Source of the DNA: Octopus bimaculoides
Taxonomy: Eukaryota
Reading direction: 5' to 3'
Length of the DNA: 64,000 nt
Assembly (NCBI RefSeq): GCF_001194135.2
Contig: NC_068986.1
Location: 43,865,351 to 43,929,350 of the forward strand
A program made the position numbers and the translations under genes. Every line of letters begins with the position of its first letter. Within the stretch, counting starts at the first letter, position 1. Under the pieces are notes generated by a model. It worked only from the letters and a program-made list of their open reading frames with translations. It did not search any database and had not been told where the DNA came from. This document shows, in pieces, positions 12,872 to 26,542 of this stretch.

Positions 12872-12942
<71 letters not shown>

Positions 12943-14926
12943 AAAAAATGAATAGAAATGGTTTTTCTGACAATCTTTCCACTTTAATATTTAGATGTTA
13001 ACAAAAAAGTACACACATACTTTTGGTCACCTTTGTCATTGACAACTTTTTAGAACCATTTCATGCCAGGAGAGCCACACCAAAATGTTCCATTTCTTTG
13101 TTCTTGGTCTGCTTGGTTCTCTTTCCTCCTCCCTTTTTCTTTCCTTTTCCTTCTTTTTATTATACATACATGTACATATATATGCGAATATATGTGAATG
13201 AATACATGTATATGTGTGTTTGGGCCTCTATGTGTATGTATGCGTAAGGCCCCATGCGCTTGTGTGTGCGTATTGTGTATGTGTGTATGTGTGGACTTCT
13301 TTATAAACATCTAATTATCAAAATGGAAAACTGATCAAAAAACCCATTTCTATTCATTTTTCAAATACATAATGCCATACCAAGGACATTCTATTTCTTA
13401 TTCTACTATGTGTGTGTGTATGCGTGGGGGGAGGGGCTGTAAAGGTAAGATCCAAGGATGCGGTGTTAGTAAGCTTCAAGCTGTCCGTAGAAAGTATGAA
13501 AAACAACTTTCAGGAACAATAGTGGTTTATTGGCTTAGAAGGTTATAAATTTTTTCCCATATCGAAGTTCGATAAGCTGAAAAAAGTTATTTTATAGCTC
13601 ATGGTTAGTAGCTGGGGTTGCTGTATATGCGGATAAAACTCCTGTCTTCCGTCGAAGACTGGAAAGTCCAAAGAGAGAGAAGGAAAAATAAGGAAAGATC
13701 GCCAACAGCCCACGTGCGGTTACATTTGTGAAGTGTATAGGAGGAAAATAAATGCTGTAAAACTTTTCGTTCTAAACTCCATCGTTTCTGCTGTTTCCTC
13801 CTATTCTTTACATAAATAGAAGGAATTTTTCATGGCTGGAAGAAACGTTCAACAACTGATGGTGTTCTCTTTGTGATGAATTTAACCAGGAAGATACTAT
13901 TGCTTCTGCAGCACAGTATCTACTACACAGAGGCTGCTGATCAAATCCTGTTGAAACTAGTAGGAGAGTTCGTTCTGTGGTTAAACCATGCCACTCTTCT
14001 ATCTATTCCTACTAAAATTGAACTGAAGCAATGTTGCCTCCAAACAACGAAACATCAACGGCAGGTCTGAACTCAAATTCACTTTGCCGTCTCTCCTTAA
14101 TGTTCTCTAATAACACCGGGGCATGTATTTTATAGTCGATTTAATAGACTCTAATATTTAAATAGTACTTCTTTTACAGACTCCCTGAAGGCAGTAGAAA
14201 ATCAAAAAAACAACTTCCGTGGGATATGAACACAAGAAGTAAAGACACAAATTAATTACCACAAAACGTTTGTCGGTCAGTCAACCAATACTCCTAACCT
14301 GATCAAATGATAATCAACCTATACCTAGATTACCAGGCAGATAAACATGCTACCAATGTCAGGAGACTGAAATTCTAATTTTTAGTCCCTTGTTGATTGA
14401 CCGATTTTGCTGGATTTACCTTTGAAGATGATTCTTTCTGTTGATCAAGTGCAAGGCTTATTACTTTGGTACAAAGCCAATCTTTGTTAAAGAGATGGTG
14501 AATATATATTTACACTGAAATCAATGCAATACAGATCACAAAACACAAACTACCCTCTATTCACGAAGATCCGGGCTGCTATCACTCTCTTGTTCCAGAT
14601 ATTGACATCGGAAATCGTTATTTATAATGACTTTCTTGAAAGACACTAGAAAACCAAGTACAGAGAGTTGAAAAAGACGGGAGCAGAAGAAAGTTTATAA
14701 CCTAATTATTTTCTTTCCTGGAAATGTACGTATGTTTATGAAGGTTTTATACGTTGAATAGTTATGAATATTTTGCGGCCTTTTAATACTTGATTGCATC
14801 CATAAGCTCTAAATTCACATCCCACCCCAGATTCGACTCTGCCTTTCATTCTTTCAAGATTTGTACCTTAACTATCATTGCTGGATAAATCTATACGAAC
14901 AGACAATTCCCAAAGTATGTGTTTAA

Positions 14927-15361
14927 CCCAGTCAAGCTGTATTCCATAACTGTCATTTACTGTTGTTTCTAATCGGAAAAAAATCTATTTTGCGATGAAA
15001 TAAGTATGTGATGAACCCAGCGCTACGTCTTGTAACGGACCGAAGCTTAGACTCTTTGCAGCTGAGGAAATTATTGACGATATTTATTCTTCGGGCCAAG
15101 AGTTTACACTTACGCCGGTAATGAGAGTGATTCGGACAATCAAACTGGTGAAAGAAATAAGGAAAATAACGACTCGAGTGAACAAATTCGGTAGTTGAGA
15201 GATAGGCCTATTATTGTTATTCTCCTGAAATTTTTTGTGATTTTGTCTATCAGTTTTCCTGCAATCGTTAGTCATGTGTTATATATGCAACTACATTTCT
15301 TTTTTTTTTAGGAGCCCAGGTGGAAGGTAAATTTAGACACAGAGGCCCAGGTCTGAGAGGG
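14927..15361. mobile_element. Possible non-autonomous piggyBac-like element
   Basis: TTAA|CCC at 14923-14929 and GGG|TTAA at 15359-15365, with an acidic N-terminus-like peptide LFAAEEIIDDIYSSGQEF inside. The TIR match beyond CCC is poor. Confidence 0.3.
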
Positions 15362-18300
15362 TTAACTTAGTGCCAATTTTTTTAAATAGTATTTCAATGC
15401 ATAGGGAAAATGCTGCACTGAATCGCTGGAAATTGGGATACATATTTCAGATGCAACTTATCATAACACATATCTCAATAAAAGATAAATTTATGACATT
15501 ATATACCATTACATATAATTCGATGTAAAGAGTTTTTTTAAGACCATGGGTTTTTTTTTTCTTTTTCTCGTTTTTAGCTCTTGCAAGATAAGCTCTTAAA
15601 TACGTGTCCAGCGAGGCCTAACACATGTTCAAGTTTGATTAGATGTTTTCAACAAAATGTAGCCCAATGAATATTAACAAATATTAGCTCCAGAAGTGTC
15701 AGGCTTGTCTCACATATAATCCTCCAGCTACTTAGCGCGTTGTTCCAACATAGCAAGGTATTATACTTCGGTTTGACTTTTATATCGACAGTTTATAACC
15801 ATGAATTTTAAAAAATATCATGCCTAAAGTTAGGTTGTAGAAACTTTTGCGAACACATTTCATTTATGACAAAATTTGGTTTCCTGTATAAGAAGCAGCC
15901 GATTTTGTGCTCATTCAGTCTCTAGATGTGTATCTTTCATCAAATTAAATATAAATTTTATAGCATAAATATATTGTCATATGTCCAGGGACAGCTTTAT
16001 ACCGAATAGCTTAGTTGCGTATGTTTTCGAATAACATCCCAAAAAAACCTAGTTGAATACACCTATGATCAAAAGAAATTCAACCATGAGCTGGCCATAT
16101 CAATTTCTGGAGATCTATTGATCAATTTTTTCTATTTTTTTGGAGATTGTAGGACATGATTTGAACGAATTTGGCTGCTGCTTTTAATAGGTCAAGCGAT
16201 CACATAGAGCTGCCATCACCACCACTACCACCACCATCACCTTGTTAGTTTGAAAACTGCCGGTGTTGAGTAAACGTTAAATGAGTGTTTAAACGTATGA
16301 AGTCATATTTTGCATACACTGTTATATTGAGTTAAATATATTCTTAAAATGAAAATTGCCTTGTGGCTCTCTCGGTTAACACAGCAATTTTTTTTGCAGC
16401 AGCTAATTCATTGTTTTTACTTCACTGTTTTTATTCTAGTTTATAACACAAGCTGCTATTTCGTACAAAATATAAGTTTGGTTGCAATTAAATGCTATTG
16501 TTAACGTTAGCGTGACTCTATACAGGAATTTAGTTTGTTATATAAGTTTCGGAATAACATTTTGTTTTAACGATCGTAAAAATGATATGACTCAAAGCTA
16601 TCAAATGTTTTGGATAAATTAGCAGAAACTAAACAAGTTTATTAAATACATTTGAGAAAACTGGAAGTTAGTATCAAATAGTCTTAATGTCATAGTTATA
16701 CATATATTTGCATACACACACACATCATGCACACTCAGACACACACGTGTACACACACAGAGAAGCACACATTCACACAAACACATATACTCAGAGTGGG
16801 TAACATATGTACACACAATATATCGCAAATTCTGTCGTTTGCATTTTTATTCATGATTTTTCATGTGTTTTTTTATATATATTTCTTACTGTCTTCCTTT
16901 CTCTGTCTCTCCTTCCTCCCTCTTCTGCTTTTAATTATTTGAAGTAAACCTGTAAAGAAGGAGGAACTGGTTTCTAGCAAAGATACAAAGTTCCATCTTT
17001 CGAATGCTGATCTCAAAAACAGTCTCATTTTAAACTTAAGAAATGTCTTGTATATTCTTACTGTTTCATTTACAGGTTGTATTTGTAATATACGCGTTAA
17101 CTGATTAATTTCTATCTTTTCTTTTTTGTTTCTTGGTGATATACTCCTAAACCAAGTGCACCAATTCAGTTATGTACGTCAGCATTACCATGATAACCAA
17201 TCCGAAGAGATAATCGGCAGAAATTTCATTTAATGTTGTATGGATTTTCAGAATGTTTTTTAGTATAAAAATTATCAAAACGATCGAAATTGGTTAATAA
17301 GTGCAATATCTTCATTCTTTTGCTTGTTTACTTATCACATATTGAACATACATACATACAATGCGCCCTGAATCACTGATTATAAATCTGCGTATTTATT
17401 TACTTCCACATATGAATAGTTCTGTGAATGTATATAACTATACAAGTGTGTGTATATATCTGCGTACATATAAGCTTGTAATAACATTGCATTTCGTGCT
17501 TGAAGCTCCAATCGAGCTATAGGCTGATACACAAGCATTCAGCTATGAGTGTATTGCATTTTATAGCAGAAACAGCTGTAAGCTAATGAAGTTCATAACA
17601 TAATTTTTTTGTTCTTTTGTTATTTTAATTTCTTGCGTATAATATATAGAGAGGTAAATAAATGCACACATGCATGCGTACATAATTACATACATGCATA
17701 CATACGTACATAAATGACAGACTTTTGCGCAATTGCAGTTTCCAGATTCCACTCACTGGCATAGGGCAACCCGATGTTGCAATAAAAAAATTGCTGGTTG
17801 TTAACATGAGCGCGATTCTTTGCGGTCATTCGACTTGCTAAAGATAGCAGTTTATATCTCGCTAAACTCAAATAACGTTTTAAAATATACAAAAGGTATA
17901 TCCGATAATCTAATTTGAAACAAACTATGTACGAAAGAATAAGTTGGTCAACGATAGAGTGTTTTCTATTGTAAGTCTGTTTATTCATGGCTGACTTAGA
18001 GCTAAACAACAACAAAACCAAAACGAAACTATGGTTTGTTGATAAGAAAATACACATTAATAAGTGATTGTGAGCCAAATTGTACTAATAGAAATGTATT
18101 TAGCAGTTTACCTTAGAATAGTTACTCGACTATATATGAATAACAGATCATCAAATAGAACGACGAATCACCAACTATAATAACATAGAAGATAATATCG
18201 TTATTCTAGTTATTTGACTGTCAGAAAGTTGTTTAAATTGTTTGAGAAAAGTTCAATACAGATGAACGTACAGTTCGCATATTTGATAAGTATACAAGTC

Positions 18301-21300
18301 ACATTTATAAGAATGACATATAAGAATCGTATGTTTGCCAAATATGTGTATAGTTATGTTTGAGAATTTGTGTGGGATACTGTTATTATTGTGTTTTTCT
18401 ATATTGTATATGTAGGAGAGAAATATAGTTACTGCAACGAGGATGCGAGATAGAGATGAAACATTACTTTTTAACGACCCAGTTCTGAGATTAACCTCCG
18501 CCCAAATTAACACACCTCTGAAGAGAAGTTAGAAACGATGTCTTTTTATAAGAAACGTCATGAATGTTACAGAATATCCTGTCTTCTGGCGTGAAAATAG
18601 GAATATGTTTTGAGTGTTAACTGACATTTTATCACAGTCACTGTGAGAAGTGGTTGGCCAAAATAGATGCTGGAAGGCGTGTCTGCTAACCTGCATAAGT
18701 GATTCATGCTTGCAGTTTTATAATACTAAATGTATGTATTGCTGGTTATAAACAACGAATCTCGAAGAAGTGTTCGGGAATGTAGAATTCATTCCTAGAA
18801 AAGATTTGCTACAGAAGTTAAGAAGTCAATTCTGTACAACAGGCTCCCTTGCGGGTCGTCGCAAAGTTCAGTGAAGTCGCGAGTACAAGTCAGAATTTTT
18901 TTCTACCTTTAGCATCATTATTTGCTGGCTGTTGCAATTTTTCATGCAAAACTTTGTGATTATAACTCTAAAAACAAATCCACAGTCTTAAAATTTAATA
19001 ATAACCATGCAGAAAACGTTTGTTATTTTAATATAATGACATAACATTCTTTATTTTAATTTTTATTCCACGTGATAGTGGAACAGACAAAGCGACATCA
19101 TGCCTCAAAATGATTTCAGAAAACAGAAAGTACCATTTTTACTACAATATCTAAATTTATTCTACTCGATTTTTATCGCAAGTTGTTTTAATTTGCAATT
19201 TAATTTCAGGTTTTTGCATCATGCCCTCAGATGAAATTGTTGATAAATATAGCACATGAAGCCACTTACAGTTACTTCTTTCAATAAAAAAAAGGACAAA
19301 ACGTGACGTGAACTTCTACTGCGCAAAATTTAGTGAAACGAGAGAAGAAAAGACGTTAACGTTATACGCTTATAATCGTTTTGTTTTGGGGGGTATTTTT
19401 TTCGTGATAGGAGTGAAGAAACTTGGTTGCTTTAAAATTTAATTTTAGAACTATTTAAATTGAATAAGAAATATACATCTTTCAGAAACTGATAAATAAT
19501 TAGAATTAAAAATTACTAGTATCAAAACAATTTTTTTCGTATCAAATTTTGTATAAATTTGTTCTAAATAAATTATTTTGTACAAAAATGGATTGATAGC
19601 ACAATATCTCACTGATTTTTAGCTACAATAACCCGAGGTGAAATTATATTTTTCCATTATAAGCTGCGAAATAATGAACAGAATTTTTCAAAACCATACG
19701 TCACTATACAAACTACATGGAGCCTTTTGCTTTTTCTATAAAAATAACCTGTAGCAATAAGCGTATTTTTAAAAGTGCAGTTTTCGAAAAATCGATAAAA
19801 CATAATAACTCTCTTGCCAACCTTACGAAACTAAAAATGTTAACTTCGAACTGTGTTGACCTGAAATTAGTTCCTTTGCCGTATCGTTGTGGTTAGCTCA
19901 AGGATTGTCACTGCAACTTTCATTTTTTTTCTTTCGGGTGTAAGACAAAATAGCTTACCCATTTTATAAGTGGTTGAATTCAGCAAATTATATAACCACT
20001 GAAAATGTTGATGGTAATATTTGAATTATGTAATAGAAGCAGCTCTGTTGTAAAAACTCTATCAATATAAAGCATGTGCGAAGTTGAAACACGAGAAACT
20101 GTGATTTCCATCCGGAAATTACGCTAAAAAAAAACAATATACTTCAGAGCTAGGCGAAACGAAATCGACCCAGGAATGGCCACGAGAGTGACATATATGT
20201 ATTTCGCCGTTGTTGCGACTTTTCAATGTCACGTACTCATGTCACTTCAGAAACAAAAGACCTAGTATAAAGTATTTAGGAATAGCGTATTAGCTGTACA
20301 TTGATGTGTAAAAGCAGAACATAAGCAAAATAAAATTTGAATTATGCTACAGAAGCAGCTCTATAGTAAAAGCTTTATGAATATAATGTAGTTAATGTAT
20401 GTGTGTAGTTGAAACGCCAAAAGCTGCAATTTCTGTCCAGGAAAGAAATCCCTTTTATAGACGTATTGTGTTTAAAATAATATAACTGAAGTGTCACAAA
20501 CTTCATGGAGTATCACGAATTTGCAAGTAGCAACCCTATGAATACGACACAATTTCGTGCCAAACAGAGGAAATATAATGAGCCGCATTTGCAATGCCAA
20601 TTTACCTTACCTTTAAAAGATAATTGAGAATTTTTTGTTTGCATAATTTATAACAATTGCTTGGTAGGTGAAAGTATGAAGCCTAAAGAATTACAAAGAA
20701 ATTTTTATCGACGGCATTCCTATAACAGTAAGCCTATATAATTTACTGAAAGGCTTTAGGAATCTTTCGTAAGCAGGAAATTTCTTGAAAATCATATTCA
20801 CACTATAGACATAGGGAAATGCTTAGGGATATCTTCTTAAACTGCATATGTAATTGGAATAGCTAAAAAGACATACAGCATCGCTGAAGAACTTGCGTTT
20901 GTAACAGCGATTGAAATGATAGAAATTGTTCAAGGAAAAACATGCAGATGAAATATGGTAAGTTCCTCTGTTAAATACTCCTGCTAATAGTAGTATTTCA
21001 GAAATTAACAATGACCAATTCCAGTAACTTACTAGGGAAAGAATTGTTTAAGCAGTAAATTTGCAATTCAATTTGAATAAATGACTGCTATTTCAAACTC
21101 AGCACAATAATTAGGATATGTCAAGCATTGTTATGAAAATAAAGTCCATGAAGACTTGCTCAATCAATCTTTAGCTTGGGACCAGAATTAATAAATATTA
21201 AACAGAGTTTTGATATAAAATTCGGAAATTTAAAAAGGCACCTCCTTCACACTAAATATATTTTTTTTGTTTGTAATAATACTTTTTTTAATGACATATG

Positions 21301-21414
21301 TTGGTTTTTATTAATTTTGTAAAAACAATTAGTAGGGCTGCGATGAACGTCGGCACATTTTTGCCCCAAGAAGAGAAGATATTTGTTCAATATTCTCATA
21401 TTAACGCCTAACCA

Positions 21415-21630
21415 AGGCTACAAACTAGCAGATTCGTTACCGCACCCGAAAAGATGCTGCGCAGCATTATTCCGAATCTATGTTCTGATTTCAAATACCG
21501 TCGGAGTCGACTTTGCTTTTTTATCCTTTTGGATCGATAAAATAAGTACCAGTTGAGCACTGGAGGCAAAGTGATCGAATTACGCCCACCTGCAAAACTG
21601 CTGGTCTTGTACCAAAATTTGAAAGTGATA
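21415..21630 (+). mobile_element. Degenerate SINE family A copy
   Basis: GTTCTGATTTCAAATACC..GTCGACTTTGC..GATAAAATAAGTACCAGTTGAGCACTGG..CCAAAATTTGAAA. Confidence 0.7.
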
Positions 21631-23730
21631 TTAACGCTAATTTTTAATTTGATTATTTTTTTTCGGAGGAAACGTTACTTTTGAGATGATTTTTTATATT
21701 TTTGTACTTTTTAAACGTAAAACATTAAACTTTAAACTTGTATATTGATATTAACAATGTTGATTTTGAATTTGTTTTTTTTTTAATTCAATAGCTACTA
21801 CTGATTCTTATTTACTAGAATTCTTAACATAAAAATAAATTACCTAATTATTTTATGTTAAAAAGAAAACAAACTACGTATATATTTTTACTAAATGTAC
21901 GTGAATAATTTTCTTTTACTCTGAGTCTCCCATTTCTGAATGAAAAAAATTAACAACTTAGTTCCAGTCATAGAATAAATGATAACTACTTTAAGACTAT
22001 TCCTAAATGAAGAGATTAATTCAGGAGTGGCGTGTCCTCAAAAAAAAAACAAGAATCTTGTCAGCTGTTTTCTAAAGCAGATTTTTGAACGTTTGGTCTT
22101 TTGTAGAAAAATCGAAAATGATCGATTATAAAGAAGATGTGCGAGGTATCTCAAGCAAAGGAAAGCCCGAATGACCAAACGGAGGCGGATCACAACAAAT
22201 TTATTTTTAAAAAGAGAGGGTTGTAATTGGAAAGGTTTGAGAAGACCTAGTGTATATCAAACTACTAGTACCATACTAATATAATTGGCGAATAATTCTT
22301 GGGAATTTTATAAATCAATATGACAAAACTTAATCAAAGAGAACAAAATGAAGCAAAAAAGAAATGAAATACGATATTTTTTTAATATATTACTTTTCTC
22401 TGCATGAACTTTATTCAACCTGTATTTATGAATTTTTGGAAGTATCATAAATTGTTTTAGCAGATTGTTAAGATGTCTATTTTTCTGATGGCTCGTTGTC
22501 TCTGCGCATCTGTATCTTTTACTAACTTATTAATATATATCTTAAGTGTCGTGTTTTTGTTTTACTGAACGTTGACAGTTATGATAACATAAACATATTT
22601 CATTGAAGTTTTGCAACGATTTTCAATTTAATGATTACATGAACTGATGTTTCAAATTCTTGAGAGAGAAAATAAAATTAAAAAATATAAGATAATAAAT
22701 GAAAATAGACGAAATTCGTGATATATTGGAAATGTATGTGCGTATGTGTATGCGTAAGTATATTTGTCTCTCTGATAATGAAACAATTTGGTTCTAACAT
22801 TCTAGCGTCTTTAAATTATTTAATAAGTTTGTTTACATAATACCGATTTATCTAAGATTTTATAGCTTTTAGCTATATATCACTTTTACGATCGTTAAAT
22901 TGAAATAATATTATTCTAAAACTCATACAACAAAGTAAATTTCCCTAAATCAACAATATGGTTAAGAGAAGATTCTTCTGGGTAGCATTCTGCAAGCTAA
23001 ATGCAAATACACCAGGGTATTTTTATGTATGTAATGCAGTAATACATGCAATACAGGGTTGGAAAATGAAAAATTTCTATCAATTGAGATTATCCAAGCA
23101 ATTTAGAGAATAAATCTCTCTCTTGAGGTGTTTAAAATCTCAAAACAAGCTATGGATATCACCCCATTAAGATCAGTTGCTCCACATATAGTAACGCTAC
23201 TGTTAACAATAGTGTTTAACTGAGGAGATAATTTTTATGAAGTAGCAATTTGTACTTCAGTAAAATATAAAGCAAAATAAATAGCTGCAGATCAAGAAAT
23301 CTACAAGTTTTTTTTCAGTTTAAGAATGTAAATATTTAACTCTATATGACTGCATTGATTTAAACATTATTTCAAAGTTTTCCATTCAAAGAAAGAGCCT
23401 TAATGCGGGTTTGTGAGATGTTCTGGTGAAGCTGTTTTGGCGCCCACCTACTTGGCGTTGCTGATTTGAAGCTGACTTATTTGACATCGGACGCTTTGTC
23501 CCTGGGGCCTTTTGAGTGAAAATTTTGTTTTTATTCTAGTTGATAATTAAGTTGTAATCACAACTATTCAACTAGAAAACTTAGCTTAACTTTGTGCTTC
23601 ACTTTATTATATGATGGTAAGTGAAATATTGATGAAACGTAGAAATGCTTTTCAATTAATAAATAGTAATGTTTCTCTCTCTGTCTTTATCTGTGTGTGT
23701 GTATTTCTACACATGCACGGTTTGTGTGTG

Positions 23731-23800
<70 letters not shown>

Positions 23801-24211
23801 TGTCTGTTTACCTCCAGTAACAGAAAGTACTGTCACCAAAAAAAAGAAAACATCGCCAAATTTTGTTCAATGTCCAGTCCACTGTGCGAAATCGAGGACT
23901 GGACATAAAATAACATGTTGTTACATAATCTCAATCCTTGAATATTAATTCTCTGTTTGGACAATTTCTGTTGTTGCAATCAGAAGTTTACCCCTTTTAT
24001 ACATAAGTATTTGCCTGATCGTAACAAATTGGGGGCTCGTCCGGGATCTACGAACACATTATAAAACAACTTTACTATTCACCTATGAACTGGTCGATTT
24101 GAGTTAAAAGAAAAAAGTTATATACAAAATTTCCGCTGCTGAAATACATATATTACCTGCATAATTTTGTATCAACATTCGAAATTTTTCTTGTGAAATC
24201 AGTATTTAATT

Positions 24212-24893
24212 ATGGAATTTAAGGTTGAAGAATTTATTGAATTTCCCAGTGTGGAGCAATTAAGGATTTTTAAAAAATCAGAATTGTTATTATTGGCCAA
24301 GCATTACGATCTGGATGAGGCTAAGTCTACCATGAAAAAGAAAGAGATTTTCAAAGTGGTTTTGGAACATTTAGTTGATGAAGAAATTTTCGAAGATTCG
24401 GCTTTGCCATTAATTGAATGAAACCAGAGAAGAGGAAGATTTTCACAAATTGAGGCAGCTTATATTATTAGAGGAGTTCAAACAGTGTGTTCATGTTGAT
24501 ATTAGGACTTATTTGGAAGAGCAGAGAGTAGAACAGTTACAAGAAGCAGCTAGTTTAGCAGAGGATTACTCTATTACTCATAAGCATGAGTTCAAGCTGT
24601 ATGGTTATTACCATCCGGATAATTTCGAGGTAGGTCAGACAAGTAAAATAATTTATTCAGCTCGGTCAGGTTCGAATCCTAACAAGTCCAGTGGTTCAGA
24701 GTTAAGAAAGTCAACCAGTCCTTTTGTTTTTAAATCTGATTCAAATTTTCATTCAACAATTATTTGTAGATATTGTAAAAAGTCAGGCCATTTGACTTCT
24801 GAGTGTAAAAAAGCTCAAGTTAAAAAATCAGTCACAACCCTTACCCCACGCTTTTGTGAATATCAAGTCTCAGCCTATCTCCGACATCATTAA
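24212..24893 (+). pseudogene. Gag remnant with SCAN-like segment and CCHC zinc knuckle
   Basis: Two ORFs in different frames (24212-24421, 24414-24893). LRQLILLEEFKQCVHVDIRTYLEEQRVEQLQEAASLAEDY resembles the SCAN-related capsid of Gmr1-like elements. Knuckle CRYCKKSGHLTSEC. Confidence 0.75.
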
Positions 24894-26220
24894 CAATGAG
24901 GAGGGGTACTTGCCTTTTATTTCGAAAGGGTTTGTCTCACTTGAGGATGATAAGTCCACATTACGACCCATTACTATTTTGAGGAACACAGGCGCACTCC
25001 AGTCTCTATTGTTGGAATGTACTCTTCCTTTCTCGGAAGTGTCGTCTGCTAACTCTGATGTTTTATTAAAGGGTATTAGTGGACATTCAGGTGCACCTCT
25101 TCATTTTGTTGATTTGCAGTCAGATTTTGTGTCTGGCTTGGTGAAAATTGGTGTTAAGAAAACTCTCCCAGTTTCAGGTGTAGACTTACTTATTGGAAAT
25201 GATTTAGCAGGGTCCAAGGTTTTGTCTGATCCACATGTTAGCATTGAGTCAAGCCCTTCTGAGAGCCCTGAATCCCACTTGAACTTGCTAGACTATGTGT
25301 CTACTTTTTGAAACAGATTTTCCAAAGCTATTGAGGTTGCTAGAGAACATTTGAAGAAATCACAGGACAAAACGAAAGCCATTTATGACAAAAACTGCAA
25401 AGCTCAAAATTTCAGTCCTGGCAACAAGGTTTCGGTGTTACTACCCGTTCCTGGTCAACCATTTAGAGCCAAATACCATGGTCCATATTTGATTGAGAAG
25501 AAAATCAGTGATACTGACTACATTGTTCCATCTCCAGGCCGCCGAAAACAAAAATGGCTTTGTCACATGAACATGATCAAAAAGTATTATGACAGGTCTA
25601 AAAGTGTACCATCAAAAGTCATTGCTATTGGGAAATTCCCAGTACCGTCAAACAAAAAGGAACTTATGAGATTCTTGGGTATGGCTGGTTATTACAGAAA
25701 ATTTTGTCCAAATTTTTCTGATGTTGTGGTCCCTCTCACTAATTTGTTGAAAAAGGGTGTCAAATTTGTTTGGAGTGACAATTGTCGGGTCACGTTTGAG
25801 AAAGTAAAAGCCATACTCATGAGTTCTCCAGTTTTGATAGCACCAGATTTTGGGAAACCATTTAAGCTTTCTATTGATGCAAGCGACGCTGGTGTCGGTG
25901 GTGTTCTGTTTCAATCAGATGCAAAGGGTATTGATCATCCTGTTTGTTATTACTCAACGAAATTTGACAAACACCAGCGAAATTATTCAACCATTGAAAA
26001 AGAAACCCTTGCTTTGTTATTGTCAATGCAACATTTTAACGTATACTTGGGAACCACCAAGTATCCCATTGAAGTGTTCACCGACTACAATCCGCTGACC
26101 TTTCTGCACAAGACGAGATTAATGAGATGGAGTTTATCTTTGCAAGAATTTAATCTCAATATTCAACATATTAAAGGTAAAGACAATGTCATTGCGGATG
26201 CACTATCTCGAGTCAGCTGA
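24856..26220 (+). pseudogene. Deleted pol: protease - integrase C-terminus (GPY/F) - RT thumb - RNase H, with one in-frame stop at 25309-25311
   Basis: ILRNTGALQS (protease, catalytic D to N) and DLLIGNDLAG. LLDYVSTF*NRFSKAIEVAREHLKKSQ..KYHGPYLIEKKISDTDY is the integrase tail. FPVPSNKKELMRFLGMAGYYRKFCPNFS is RT. IDASDAGVGGVL..YSTIEKETLALL..VFTDYNPL..NVIADALSR is RNase H. ORFs 24856-25311 and 25351-26220 share a frame. Confidence 0.9.
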
Positions 26221-26542
26221 TTGTGACAGGATGTTACATGTATTTGTATCATTTATGCAGTTCTCATAATTTGTCATTGTAAATAAGCAAGTTTTCACTG
26301 CGTTCAACTTTCTTCCTTTAAGGGGGAGAATGTTATGTATATCTATAATATAATTAAGGGAGAGAACTTACAATGTTTTCTGAATGTGGCGAGATAACGT
26401 TTGTCAACGACCTTTTAGCAGAATTAAAATGACGTAGGTATGTATATATATACATACAGGAAGTGAGCATAAGACGAGACAGGTAATCTCGTTTACTTCC
26501 TGTTAACGAGCGAGGCAAGTAATCTCGTTTACTTCCTGTTAA

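Larger units (their letters stand above)
23919..26542 (+). mobile_element. Gmr1-like Ty3/Gypsy LTR retrotransposon, multiply deleted
   Basis: LTR end GTAACA at 24026. Perfect tRNA-Pro PBS TGGGGGCTCGTCCGGGAT at 24030-24047. Gag, protease, integrase C-terminus, RT thumb and RNase H appear in that order. PPT AAGGGGGAGAA then TGTTA at 26331. Confidence 0.85.

Noticed and set aside
14421-14515. Minus-strand exon-like segment (ATTTCAG|..AAAG|GTAAAT)
   Set aside because: All three frames contain stops between the splice sites.
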